The notes under the pieces were generated by a model. That model worked only from the letters and a program-made list of their open reading frames with translations. It made no database searches and was not told the origin of the DNA. Positions 1-13,517 of a stretch of DNA of 64,000 bases are shown in pieces; position 1 is the first letter of the stretch; each line of letters begins with the position of its first letter. Source of the stretch: the human T2T-CHM13v2.0 reference genome, Homo sapiens; the NCBI RefSeq assembly GCF_009914755.1, contig NC_060940.1; one strand, written 5' to 3'. Made by a program: the position numbers and the translations under genes.

Positions 1-509
1 TGAATGTTTTTATTTTTTATTTTTGGAAATGAATAAATAATTTAAAAGCATTAGATAAAAGCACCAATTCCATTGAACCTAAAAGACTAAAACCGTACCC
101 AGCGTTTGCAGCCACCGCCAGGGTGTCTGTCAATAACGGAGGGTCTGGAAGAGGTGACCCCTCAGGTCAGCACAGAGCCACGTGCTTCTCTCCAGGGATG
201 CCACAGACTGTGCAAAAACACTTTCCCTCTTTTTGTTACTGATTTCTTTGCTGGAGGAAATGGCTGTTACCTGCTCAGCACTTAATCCGGAGCCATCCCT
301 TTACCAGCCTGTTTCCTACTAAAATTGACTCTCTCTGGAGAGGGAACAGCTGCTTCTTGTGGCTGTTTTTTCTGTTATCGCTCCAGGGAAGAGGGCAGAG
401 AAACTTCTCCTGATTGACCCCAGGGGAGAGAGAGGCTACTTGCTGGCCAAGTGCTGGCTACCATTAAATATAACAACAGTAAAAACAGACATCTGGAGAT
501 CAGACCAGG

Positions 510-655
510 TGGTTAAACAACCTAGTGATGCAGGGGCTGCAACCATCCCTGCTTTACAGGTGAGAAAATTGGAGCCCAGAGCCCTGTAGTCACCTGCCCA
601 AGATAACTCCCTTGTAAGTGGTAAAGGCAGGGTTCAAATTCATATCGGCTTCCAG
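510..655 (-). mobile_element. MIR SINE fragment
   Basis: tttacaggtgagaaaattggagcccag...cacctgcccaag...gtaagtggtaaaggcagggttcaaa = antisense MIR core. Confidence 0.7.
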
Positions 656-847
656 CTGAGTGTAGGGCCCTCAGCACCCAGCTCCTTTCATGCCACCTCC
701 TCTGTTTTTTTGGCTTTTACCTCATGGTGTCTTATACATCAGGCCTGGGCCCCCTGCCATCCACTGTCCCTTCCCTGTCATCCTGATGTGTCTGCAGATG
801 CTGTGTTCTGGAAGTAAGGTTGGAGCCCTTGAGTGGGCTCACCAGAG

Positions 848-1591
848 AATTAGGATTCACCAGAGAATGAGTACCATCAGATGTGTACCTGTGTACATCA
901 AAAGAGATTTATTTTAAGGAATTGGCTCATGCAGTTAAGGAGAATAGCAAGTCTAAAACCTGCAACGTGGCTGGGCACGGTGGCTCATGCCTTTAATCCC
1001 AGCACTTTAGGAGGCAGAGGTGGGTGGATCACCTGAGGTCAGGAGTTCAAGACCAGCTTGGCCAGCATGGTGAAATCCTGTCTCTACTAAAAATACAAAA
1101 ATTAGCCAGGCATAGTGGCACGTGCCTGTAACCCCAGCTGCTGGGAAGGCTGAGGCAGAAGAATTATTTGAACCTAGGAGGTGGAGGTTGCAGTGAGCTG
1201 AGATCTTGCCATTACACTCCAGCCTGGGCAACAGAGTGAGACTCTGTCTCAAAACAAAACAAAACAAAACAAAACAAAACAAATCACCCTGCAAGGTAGT
1301 TGGACAGGCTGGAGGCTCAGGACATAGCCAAGGTTACGATTCAAGCTCAAAGGCCGTCTGCTGTAAGAATTTCCTCTTGCTCCCGAGAGGTCAGTCTTGT
1401 TTTGCTCATGCCTTCACCTGATTGGATGGGGCCCACCCACATTAGAGAGTCAACCTGCTGGACTCAAAGTCCACGGATTTCTCTGTTAATATCATACAAA
1501 ACTACCCTCCCAGAAACATCCAGAATACTGTGTGACCATCTATCTGGGCATCGTGGCCCAGCCAACTTGATGTACACAATTAACCATCACA
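848..1591 (-). mobile_element. MLT2 (ERVL) LTR interrupted by Alu
   Basis: gagatttattttaaggaattggctcatgcag, ggcccacccacatt, terminus aattaaccatcaca. Confidence 0.8.
969..1283 (+). mobile_element. AluS with (AAAAC)n tail
   Basis: Full dimeric Alu; TSD-like cctgcaacgt/cctgcaaggt. Confidence 0.95.
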
Positions 1592-1761
1592 GGTAGAGTC
1601 AGCACCCGCTGGAAACTCTTGACGAGAAGCTGCTGCCATCCACACTGACATTGTGGGTCTGGATGCTGCGGTATTAATTGTTACACTGTGTAGGTAGCTT
1701 TGCCCTGTGGGCCCTGTCTCCTGAGGCAATAGAAAGCACCCCTGGGGGTGGCTCTGGAAGG

Positions 1762-1812
1762 GTGTGTGTGTGTGTGTCTGTGTCTGTGTGTGTGTGTGTG
1801 TATGTGTGTATG
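1762..1812. repeat. (TG)n microsatellite
   Basis: Interrupted TG run. Confidence 0.95.
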
Positions 1813-2059
1813 TGCATACACACAAACACAATGCATGCATTTGGAGTCCTTACTGAACTTCCCCATGGCAGAAATGTACCCCAGGCAAACCTTGAGAAGC
1901 CAGAGAGGTACAAACTTGCTATTGCTTGCTATAAAATGATTCATGATGAGGTTCAAGCATCCAGCACAGTTCCTATCACACAATGGTTACACATGTAGAG
2001 TTGGGTAAATGAAAGATTTTTTAAGTAGGAGGCGTCCCCAACAGTCCTTTTTCAACAGT

Positions 2060-2420
2060 GGCCGAGTGGACACTAAGTGCCAGGTGCTGATGTAAGCTAA
2101 ACCCCTGGGGAATTGCAGTGTGGCTGAGAGATATGCATTCTAGTAGAGGAAGCACAGAAAAACAAGTCATCAGGCAAATAGGTAAGATGCTTTCAGATTG
2201 TCCTGAGCACCACGGAGACAAACAGGCAGCTGAAAGAGGAGACCAGGAAGGACTGACCTTAGCCGGGGAGATCTGGGAAGGCTTCTTGGAGGAGGTGATG
2301 TTTAAGCTGAAACCTGGAGGGTGAGGAGGAGCTGGCCAGTGGACATCTGGGGGAAAGTGTAGACAGATGGTACATTACATGGAGAGGAGGCCAGGAGGTT
2401 TCTGGGTTGGAGAAATTGAG
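2060..2420 (-). mobile_element. L2 fragment
   Basis: gggaaggcttcttggaggaggtgatgtttaagctgaaacctggagg is typical antisense L2. Confidence 0.7.
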
Positions 2421-2708
2421 TATAACTTGCTATGTAACAATTTGTAATGACATATGATTTTTTTGGGGACTGTAGCTGAGTTGGGGACCAAGTGCTCAGG
2501 CAGAGGCATATGGAAGCCTTTTTTTCCATAGGACAGTCACTGTTTTGTTCAAATATTTACTCAGTAAGGTATAAGGTGATCTTTATGGCTTGTCTCGATG
2601 TGAGCAGTGCAGGGGCTTTTCCTCTCTTCCTAACAACCCTCCGACCTGTGGCTTTTTAAATGGAAGTACCAGGGAGGTTCCACCCGCTACGAAGTTGCTA
2701 GGCTCTCC

Positions 2709-2724
2709 TGGCCCTCTGGTGGCG
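2709..2724 (-). promoter_or_regulatory. CTCF-like motif
   Basis: Minus strand reads CGCCACCAGAGGGCCA, close to the CTCF core CCACCAGAGGGCGC; motif match only. Confidence 0.3.
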
Positions 2725-3709
2725 AAGGGGACCAGGAAAACCAGCCCTGCACTGGGTCAGTTTCCCTCCTGCCTCTCTGCCTGACTCAGCCCTGCAGTGT
2801 TTTCTTTTCACTCTGTTAAGGCCCTTCCAGCCAGAGCCTTTACATAATGATCTATCCACAGTAATCTCTTTGCTTAAGCCAGTGACTCGGAGTGAGCTGG
2901 AGGTGGGGCAGGTATTCAGCTCTCTGGGACTGCTGGCCCTCTGAGAGTCCAGGCCTTTGCGGTTTGGGTTCATAAGGATTTCTCCGCACTGGGTTCACTT
3001 TGCCCCATAAACTCTCCCAGCCGTCAGAGGCTCAGGCCTTAGGCGGGACTCGGGGGAGAGTGAGTTTCTGATTGACTTGACATTTGTGGAAGGGTTTCTT
3101 CAGAAATGGCAAGGCTCCTTGGTCTCAAGCATCTGATTGATTTTGAGGGGCCTGTGGGGTCCTGGGAGAGGGACCCAAAGCACAGCCAAGACAGGGACCA
3201 TTCCGATAACAGCTCCAGCCTTCCAAGCTGGCTCGTAGGTGGAATAGTTGTGCTCGCAGCGTGTGGTTCAGCTCTGAGTCTACCAGAATGAGGTGTGGGT
3301 GGCACAAAGGCCTGGATAGTTCAACCCTACCTCTGATGGGCCATTATCCCTCCTTCAAAACCGTCTCAAATACATCACTGTGCCATAATTCTGCTGCTGT
3401 CAATAAGCCAGTGGCAGTGTTTGGCCTGCTGTGGCTGATGGAGTGATTTAGTAATCGTCTATTGGCCTCCTTCTGTGGCCCACAGCCTGTGCTAGGGGCT
3501 CCGGCTGTGTCAGTGAATGAAACAGTCCCAAATACCTGCCCTCCTGAAGCTGACATCCTTGTGAAGGTTTTCCTAAAAATTCTTCACTCTGAAGGTTTGT
3601 GGTGCACTTCTTCATTTTGCTTATCACTCAAGGAGGCAGAGAGGAGGCTGTTACTATCTCAAGAACTTTGCAAAAGGAGTTTGGTTTTATGTTTAGAGGC
3701 TTCAAGCAT

Positions 3710-4230
3710 ACATTCACTCATTCATCAGTAAGTATTTATTGAGCTCCTCTGACAAATTCTCCACTGACCATCAGCTGGGGGGATACAGGGAGAAGGGAAG
3801 CAGGAAAAAGTCCCTCTCTTCATGGACGGACCAGCCAGGAAGGTCGATGGCAAGCAGATAATGACACAGCTAATTACAGCTGTGGCCATTGCAGGAAATG
3901 GCAGCAGGTGGTGGGGCCTGACCTGGGGGTCAGGGGAGGCCTCTCAAAGTGACACCTGAAAGATAAATGGGAGTTAGCTGGGAACAGGCCAGTAGGAGAA
4001 AATTGCATGTGCAAAGGCCCTGTAGTAGAAAGGGAGGCATTTGAGAAACAGTGGGAGGGAGAGGTGCTGAAACATGGTGAGACAGGGAGGGCAGGTGATA
4101 TGAGAGAGCTGGGGCTGGAGCTGGAGGAGGCAGAGCCTGGGAGGCGTTGGGGTGGGGGAAGAGCACCCAGGAACGGAAGGAGCATCTTGCGGCGAGCAAG
4201 GTGGTTCATGAACCTGTCCAGGATTTAAAC
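3710..4230 (-). mobile_element. L2 fragment
   Basis: cattcactcattcatcagtaagtatttattgagc (antisense L2 3' end) followed by gtgcaaaggccctgtag. Confidence 0.75.
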
Positions 4231-4992
4231 GCTAAGCCCACCTGCAGGTGTGAAGTGCAGACTATCAGTTAGGTTGACTCCAGACACTCAGTGATCAGAG
4301 CTCAGGGCCAGCTCAGGGCCTGGTCAAGGTATTTTTAGGTGTAAGCAGTATTATGTATAAACTTCCTGCTGCGCCAAAATGATCAGACCAGACGCCTCAT
4401 TGTAGTAATATAAGTATTTTGCAATAGCCTTTGCAAAAGGCAAAGTATTTTGCAATAGTCTTTACTGCCCTGAGAAACATACAGATACAACAGCCAACCT
4501 TTACACATAGCCTCCAAAGAAGTTTTGCCCTGGTATAAAGGAGAAATAAAAAGAGACAGTTTATAATAGAATCCTACATACTTCAGTGGGGACCTGCTCA
4601 GTAACACCGCAGTGCATAATAAGGTGACTGGTCCCCCATCTACTGCTAATGGATATTGGGAGTTAAGAGAAGGATGGCAGGAGCCTACTGAGAATTGGTG
4701 ACACTCTTTCTCCGTAGTGACATTTTGGGACTGGAGCCACCATAGAGTGCTGTGAGTTTATAGGAACGTGTAAGTCCGCAGTCACCCTGAGTGTGACAGC
4801 TACTGAGGCTGTTGTGTTGGTGTCCTGATGACTTGGATTGTGTTGTCGGACATAACTCGATTCTCCAAAAATGCTGAATAGCCTTTCGTAAAGTTCTGAA
4901 TGGCACAAACTGCAGTCTTCTTTTTGCGCTTGTGAAAAATCCAGTGTCTATTTCAACCGTGCAGAAATACTTGGTAAAATTTTAAAAGTTAG

Positions 4993-5326
<334 letters not shown>

Positions 5327-6418
5327 GCTGGTTTATTTTTTATTATTATTTGCCACTGCGATTGTCTTGCGGGACTACCCATAGTCATGCAGAAGATGGC
5401 AAGTTTGCTTTTTGTGTGGGTCTGTCTCTTATGCTGCAGGAAGCCTGGCCTCTAAGTCCCTCACAACACCCAGTGCTATTTGTCCCCCTAACATCCAAAA
5501 TCGTCCCTACAAATTTCCAGAGCTTCCTTCACGGAGCGGTACCTTCCCTGCTGAGGACCACAGTTCCAGTAGGATTCGAATCCTCTGACGGACAACGGAG
5601 ACTTTTTGGGGGTGTTGAGGGGGGTGTCTGCAGATCAAGTCCGTTGGCCTAGTGGGGTGAGAAGGAGGTAAATTGTGGCCACAGTTGGTTCTCTCCTGGA
5701 GGTAATAAAGACGCCCCTTTTGGGGACTGCACAGCCCTGAGACTTTGAGGTTCAGGCCAAGGGAGCCCCTTCTAGGGCCATGGGTGGTCTCTGTGTAGGG
5801 AAAATCCACCAGGATTGGCACAGCGAGGTGTGGACATCACAACCATTAGAAATCTGAAAAACACAATTCTGAAAGCATGGGACAGAATCAAATCGGCCTG
5901 TAAAAATAAAAACATGGTTACAGTAAAAATGAGATGAAATGGGAAAAGGCAGGCCTCGCCGCAAGAAGCCTGTTGTTGCCGCTAACCAAATTTAGTCATG
6001 GTAATAGCCCTGGCGTGAAGCTCTCGACTGCTCCGTGCCTCCGCCGGCCCCTGTAATTTAACTAGAAGACGCACCCGTATTTATTGTCCGTCATTATCCC
6101 TTGTCTATTGCTTTTTATTGGTGTTGGATTAAGTTAAAAGCTCTTATTTTCTATGATTTCCCAATTTATCGTCTTACCTTACAACTGGGGAGTTTTTTTT
6201 TTTTTGTTTGTTTGTTTTTTTTTTTTTTGGTTTTTCACTCTTTTTCCTCTCTAGCAAAAATAAATGGGTAAAAAAAAAAATCACTTCGCTTTTTTCTGGT
6301 ATCAGAGAAGACATGGCAGGTCAAAGAGGGCTGACTGTGGGTGCCCAGGCTCCGAGTTTATGGGGGGCCCTCCTCAGCTGTCAGTTAGTGTTCTCCTGTC
6401 TTTCCCACAGATTAATGA

Positions 6419-6840
<422 letters not shown>

Positions 6841-7399
6841 TGAGGCCCATGTTTTTCTTTGCCTCCTTGATTCTCTTGGAAGCTGTTACGGTGCAGGAGG
6901 AGTCTGTGGACATCTTGAAAGGAGGCCCCTTGACTGCAGGCCTGTCTCTTGTGAGAACTTCACAGCAGGCATCTTCTGGGGGCTCCTCCTTCCTGCTCTC
7001 TGCCTCCTCTTTTCGCTCCTGGCTGGGGGTGAGAATTTGAAGCCACATGCGTGCTGCACTTGGTCACTCTGGCCAGTTGTAGCTCAAGACTGTTTGAGTG
7101 GCAAGATTCCAACCCTAGCCTGAAAATAGGATTATAGCTCCTGATGGCATCTTTGAGGAGGGCAGAAATGTTGACCTCCAGTCTCTTGCAAATGGGAGGG
7201 AGGCAGAGTAAGTGAGTGACACAAAGAGAGGGACACAAAGAGATTTTAAAAATAGCATCTATTTTATCCCAATTACAAAAATAATGTATGCATTTATTGC
7301 ACCCTTTCTTTGTGTGTGGCATTTGTCGCAATTACAATGAATAAATGAATGAGTCATTTGCTGAATAACTGCTTTCCCTCTCCTTTCCTCCCCTCCCTG

Positions 7400-7525
7400 C
7401 TCCATGGGAGATTCCGTAGCATGAGGTGTCAGGCCCTTCTTGTTCACTGCTGCTTCCCCAGCATCTAGCATGGTGCATACCAGCACAGTAAGCGCTCAAT
7501 ACATGGTTATTCCATGGATGGATGG
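7400..7525 (+). mobile_element. L2 3' end
   Basis: cttgttcactgctgcttccccagcatctagc...cacagtaagcgctcaatacat...ggatggatgga. Confidence 0.75.
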
Positions 7526-7584
7526 AAAACGTAGGAGACCGAGGACGTTAGAGACAAGACAACAACCCTGTGCTTCCACTGTGC

Positions 7585-7780
7585 AGTCACTGTTTCTCAG
7601 TCCAGGCTGCATGTTCGAATCACCTGGGGGAGTTTGTTAACCACTCCTGGGTCCACCCCAGACCTATCCAGTCTGAATTTTGAGTTGGGGTAGGGGCGGG
7701 GAGAAGGGGGTGTCTGACATCAGAGCCTTGCAAAACTCTCAGCTGACTGTAATCTGCAGACCTGTACAGAACCTCTGATG
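7585..7780. mobile_element. MER5A (hAT-Charlie) DNA transposon
   Basis: gtttctcag...gaatcacctgggggag...gggtccaccccagacct...tctgaatt. Confidence 0.7.
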
Positions 7781-7906
7781 CATGTCCTGCCAGTCATAGC
7801 TGCGTTTTGTTTTAACATTACATTATTGTTGTAAGAGTAAAACATTCATTTGCTGTGCAAATCAAGGAGTGGAGAAGGATGAGGCCTTAGCAAAATGAGG
7901 CCTTAG

Positions 7907-8284
<378 letters not shown>

Positions 8285-9399
8285 TTGTTGTGAGTTCTCC
8301 TTCGTGCCTCTAAATTGTGTGCTAATAACCTTATTTCTTCGTTATCTGTTTAAAATCCTGCATCTCTTGACTCTGTCATGAAATGTAAGGGATTTAGCTT
8401 ATTTGCAATACCTTGTCCTTTGTCTTATCTGGCTATACCCTGACTTTGCATAGTTATATAACTAATATCATTTATTCTCTTGGTTACCTGCCTAATGTTA
8501 AATAGTGACCTTAAGCCTCCAGTTTTCACTGGCTTTACATAGCATGTCTTGATTCCCCACAAAGGTAAGATAAAAAAAAAATTTAAGGCTGTAGCATTTC
8601 CCTCCATCTCTTTCCTCCTGCTATTAATTTCACATTATCAAGGTTTACAATATTCCCATTTTCTCCTGTGACTGTCCTTGCCACCCAAGCTTTGTTTATA
8701 GATTGATTTTAAAAATTGCAAAAGCAGTAAATGATATTTGTTGTAGAATAAATAATGCAGTTAGACTGAAGAGTAGGAAATGACCCTGAATTATCTGTTT
8801 CTTCTCTAGCAACTCACCTGATTCTTCCCTGTGGTTCCCCCTGTTTACGCTCTTGGTGCTTCTCAAGTAGCTGGTGATGGGTGCTTCTCCATATGCGTCT
8901 ATGAAGAAAAGGTTAAACTGATATGTGCAAACAGCTGGTGTGGGTTTCCTCTGCTGCATGTGGATCTGTTTCCCCACCAGACCTCCCTTCTGAATTGGAG
9001 GGATGTTTGTGGGGTGTGTGTGTGTTGGGGGTGTCATCTGTGAGGCTTTGCTTTAGAATGTGTAGGAGTGGAGCTTAGAGGGAGACTGGTCAATCCCTTC
9101 CCAACGCCAACATGAGTAGGGCTATCCTGAAGGGAAAAAACACCCCACTACGATCCCTGGATCTCCCTCTGGAAGATGGGTCAGTGTCTTCAGTAAACAT
9201 CTTTCTAGTTCCAGTGTTCGGGCAAATGTCGTCACCACCCACTGAGACACAGGTGGGACCCAGGAGGGCCACCTCACTCTGTCTAGTTCTTGCGTCACCA
9301 TAGGTCCCATGTTTATGGTTTCCAGGGAATTTGGGAAGTCAGGGAAGGGAAACATGTGATCTCAAGCTGCCATATTGAAGTGTCTAGTCTCTTTCTCTG

Positions 9400-9680
9400 G
9401 TCAGAGCAATTGCATAATTGCTTTATCTATGTCACTAAACATTCTCTGGCACATAATTTTTAAGATCACATAGCATTCCACTGTGTGGATAACTGTGCAT
9501 AATCTATTCAGTTAGTCCTCCATTTGTGGTTGTTTCTGTTATTTTCGACTATCAACAGAGCTGCGGTGAACAACCCGATTGCTTAAAATCTAGGTACACA
9601 CCTTTGATTACTTCCTTAGGAATTTGAAGTCTTTGAAGATTTTAAGCACATAGCTCTAGCTTGCCCCTCATAGGGAAGGA
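9400..9680 (-). mobile_element. L1ME-like 3' fragment
   Basis: tagcattccactgtgtggat...aatctattcagttagtcctc...gctgcggtgaacaac. Confidence 0.5.
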
Positions 9681-10223
9681 TTTTAAAGATTGAAGTCTAA
9701 GGTGAGATACAAACTAAAACAAGCCCGTCTTCATATTTGGCCTCCCAGTGGGAGCAATCCAGGAGGGGAGGGGGCAGTCCTAGAGTCATTATGGCACAAG
9801 GAGACACCCATTGCTCCCTCATGCCTTTCTCTGGGGAGAGACACTTCAATGCTCTGATCCCTGCCTAGGAGGCCTCAAAAAGGGGCTCGTGACTCAGACT
9901 TACCTGTGTTCCTTTTCTTCAACAGTGACAACGACAAATAAACCATTTGGTCATTTGGTGCTCTTGGTTCCAAGTTGTGGGCACTGGTTTTGGTGGATTA
10001 GTTCAGGGGCTACAGAAGAGACAGGGTGAGAAAACCACCATCACTCTGCATGGCTGAGTGATTTACACTCATACAAAGCCTGGTCTTCTATTCTCTAAGC
10101 TCTTTGCATTCAGGCCACATTACTAAGAAGTACTTCTCTTGCAGAGATAAGGGAATCCTCAGAACTCATCTTTTTTACATCTAAAACAGAGTTTCATTTG
10201 AAATGCCAGAAGAAAATAATTCT

Positions 10224-10514
10224 GGCCAGGCATGGTGGTTCATTCGTGTAATCCTAGCAGTTTGGGAGGCTGAGGGTGGGTCACTTCAGGTCAGGAGTTT
10301 GAGACCAGTCTGGCCAACATGGTGAAACCCCATCTCTACTCAAAATACAAAAATTAGCTGGGTGTGGTGGTGGATGCCTGTAATCCCACCTGTTTGAAAG
10401 GCTGAGGCACGAGAATCACTTGAACCCAGGAAGCGGAGGTTGCAGCGAGCTGAGATTGTGCCATTGCACTCCAGCCTGGGTGACAGAGCAAGACTCCGCT
10501 TCAAAAAAAAAAAA
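10224..10514 (+). mobile_element. AluS
   Basis: Full Alu with poly-A tail. Confidence 0.95.
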
Positions 10515-11009
10515 AGTTCTGTCAGATAACTTAAATTTTTGCCTTGAATATTTAGTTTCATCCCAAGCCATGTCAATATGTCAATCTCAAGAGTCTTTTC
10601 CCCCATAGAGAGAGGTTTCCTGTCTTTGATTTGTACCTGCCCCCATGACTGGCAGAAAGGGCTGTTGTTTACTCTGATATGTCTACAGGCTGCAAGAGAC
10701 AGGCTTTCTGATGGGTTAATCCTCATATCTAGAGTGTAGACTGAACTTTTGGCTATATTGCATGATCACATTGTGAACTTTTATAAATTGTAGTAAGAAA
10801 ATGCATTGACTTGGAATTCTGAGGTGACAAAAGGAAATTGAGGGGTGAAGATATCATAGGAAAGAAATGAAAGGTGAGGCAGGCACTGAAAGACCTTCTT
10901 GAATTGTGGCAGGAAATCTTCAGGAACAGAAGAAAGCCAAAGTCATTGTCACTCTGCACAAAAGCAAACCAGCTTTTGTTTTTTGTTTTTGTAAAGGTAA
11001 TCTGGCATT

Positions 11010-11520
11010 TTCTTTTGGGAAACAATTTGGTATGATATACCGAAAACCTTAAAGAGACCTTGAACCAGAGACTCTGAGAAATTCTCACAAGGAAATCATC
11101 CTAAGTATCGTAAAAACATGAAGAACAAAAGTGTACTGAGTGCTGTTATATTGCAAACTACCTAAAGTGAAAGCAACCTGCATATCCAACCATAGATGAA
11201 TCTCTAAGAAGCTTAATGTCTAATGGATGCAAACTTAAAAATTGCACTAAAAATTGTTTTTAAAGAGTATAATGCCAAAAGACTGGTATTAAGATATTAA
11301 CCAAAATTAAGACACAATATTACATATGTAGTGTAAATCCGTCTATGGTAAAACTATTTATGCCTACAAAAAAATATCAGAAGAAACTGTCCTGCAATGG
11401 CTGTGCCTGGATAATGAGGCTCTGAGCAATTATTCCGTTATTTCTTATACTCTGTATTTTTCACATCTTCTTTAATGAGCATGGTCTTCTTTCATATTAA
11501 AAATATGAAAAGAACCATTG
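11010..11520 (+). mobile_element. L1ME-like 3' fragment
   Basis: ggaaacaatttggtatgatatac...gaaagcaacctgcatatccaac, AT-rich L1M 3' region. Confidence 0.5.
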
Positions 11521-12091
11521 AAATATATATTAGAAGCTCTGAATAAGACATATCGTTGTTGATTGGCTGTTGAAGATTGAGTTTGTGTGTATATTTTTCC
11601 TTCTAGGGCAAATGAGTGAATATTAAAAAAGAAAGGATCTGACCATGTCTCTGTGTTGTCAAGGGGACACCTTTGAGTAAAAGGGTTCAGATGAAAAATA
11701 AATGCAAAAGCTGAATAGGTGCTTGGGTAGATGACCCATTGTTCATCTATAACATTGGCACATTTGTAGTTTGAACACAACATTGTATTGATCTTTGTGG
11801 ATATTACACTTCCAACCACAGGGGATATTAAAGAAACAAAGCTTGTTAGGCGACAAAACTAGAGGAAGGCTCAGTTATAGGACGTGGGGAAGTTGTGATC
11901 ACCCTCACTCCCATCCAGTCATCACCTAAGTTACCTCCAGGGTTGTGGGTGTGTCTAGGCAGTCAAGTCACAGGTAGGAAAGAGGGAGGATCTATGGCTC
12001 AGATTCATTTGTTCATTTATTCAGGTATTTGTTGAGCATCTGCTTTGTGCCAGGCACTGTTAGAGACACTGGACATAAAGCAGTGGACAAG

Positions 12092-12544
12092 TGTAATGTA
12101 TGGCCTAACACTTCAAGTGCTGTCTTGACATCTTTGAGCCTCAAAGGGCCCAGCATTCCAACTGAGTTATCCTGATCTCACCAGATATGCCCCCTGTTCT
12201 GCAGGAAAGGCTCCCCACCCAGCTAGTTCTCCTATTAGCTGGCCTGGTTGCAGCCCCCTACTTGATTCTAGACCACACGGGTTTCACCTCTGCTGGCCCA
12301 TGGAAGTATACGAAAAATCAATTGCACCCTCTTATGGGAAGCAAGGGTCACTCTGTTTTGGAGCACACCCCTTCCTCCCTGAATGTCATGCAGTGTCCTT
12401 CTACCCTGGCCTGTGAGTATTTGTGACTCATAAGCTGCTGTTGACTCATCCGTCCTGTGGGGGTGTCACGTGCTCAGCCATCTTGCACTCTTTAGGGTCA
12501 AAATCCCGCCTTCACCACGAGTCGAGTAGGAGGTGATCAGGATA
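12092..12544 (+). mobile_element. ERVL-type solo LTR (MER73/MER89-like)
   Basis: Starts tgtaatgtatggcc, splits the L2, 5-bp TSD-like acaag/ataag; family assigned from memory. Confidence 0.5.
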
Positions 12545-13330
12545 ATAAGGGAGGTGAAGAAGGTCTCTCTTGTCTTCAAGCTAATGTTCTAGTAGTTGTG
12601 TGGATGGGGAGGTGGTAAGGAGGTAACAAGTTAGTAATCATGTGACCACTTATACTGCATATTGTGAAGGAAACAGAATGATGTGGTAGAGAATAATGGG
12701 GGGGGGGCATAGTGATTTTGTTTTGGGAGGCTTTTCTGGGGAGATAACATTTAAGTAGAGACTTGTATCTTGGGAAGAAGCCAGCCTTGGGGAGATTTGG
12801 GAAAAGCAAGCAGGGTGGGATAAGGCTTCACCTGTGCAGCTGGGCCCTGGTGAGTCGGAAGGAGAAGATGTGGTATGGAATGTGAGTCATTCCAGGAAGG
12901 GATAGAATCTTGGAAAGGTAGGCGAGGACTGGATCCATGTGGCTTTGGAAGCCACAGGAAAGCAAATAGACTTTATTTTACATGTAATGGGGGAATGGAA
13001 GGGCTTTAAACAGGGAAGTGACATGCTATGATTTATATTTTTAAAAGATGATTTTGGTACCTGGGTAGAAAACGCATCATGGGGAATGAAAAGTAAAAAT
13101 AGCTCAGCTGTTGCAGCACTTCCAATGGGAAATGAGAGAGGTTTGGACTGGGTGGAACTGGAGAGAACGAACAAATGCATGATAGGTATCTCGTAGGTAG
13201 AACCGGGGAGACTTGTTTGTGAACTGGGCATGAGGAATGAGAAGGCAGAGAAAGGACGTCTCTGAGATTTTTGGTTTGAGCGATTGTGCAGATGGTGGTG
13301 TCCTTTAATGAGATGAGAAAGACGGGCCTC

Positions 13331-13517
13331 ACTCCTGGCCTCAAGTGATTCACCCGCCTTGACCTCCCAAAGTGCTGGGATTACAGGTTTGAGCCACTGT
13401 CCTGGCCAGGAAAGAGGTTTAATTGACTCACAGTTCAGCATGGCTGGGGAGGCCTCAGGAAACTTACAATCATGGCAGCAGGGGAAGCAAACATGTCCTT
13501 CTTCACATGGCAGCAGG
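13331..13517 (-). repeat. Ectopic copy of the Alu/THE1 junction at 15250-15436
   Basis: Near-identical Alu 5' end + aggaaagaggtttaattgactcacag...cacatggcagcagg, embedded in L2. Confidence 0.9.

Noticed and set aside
2203-2223. Partial RE1-like motif in L2 (ctgagcaccacggagac)
   Set aside because: Both half-sites have mismatches at key positions.
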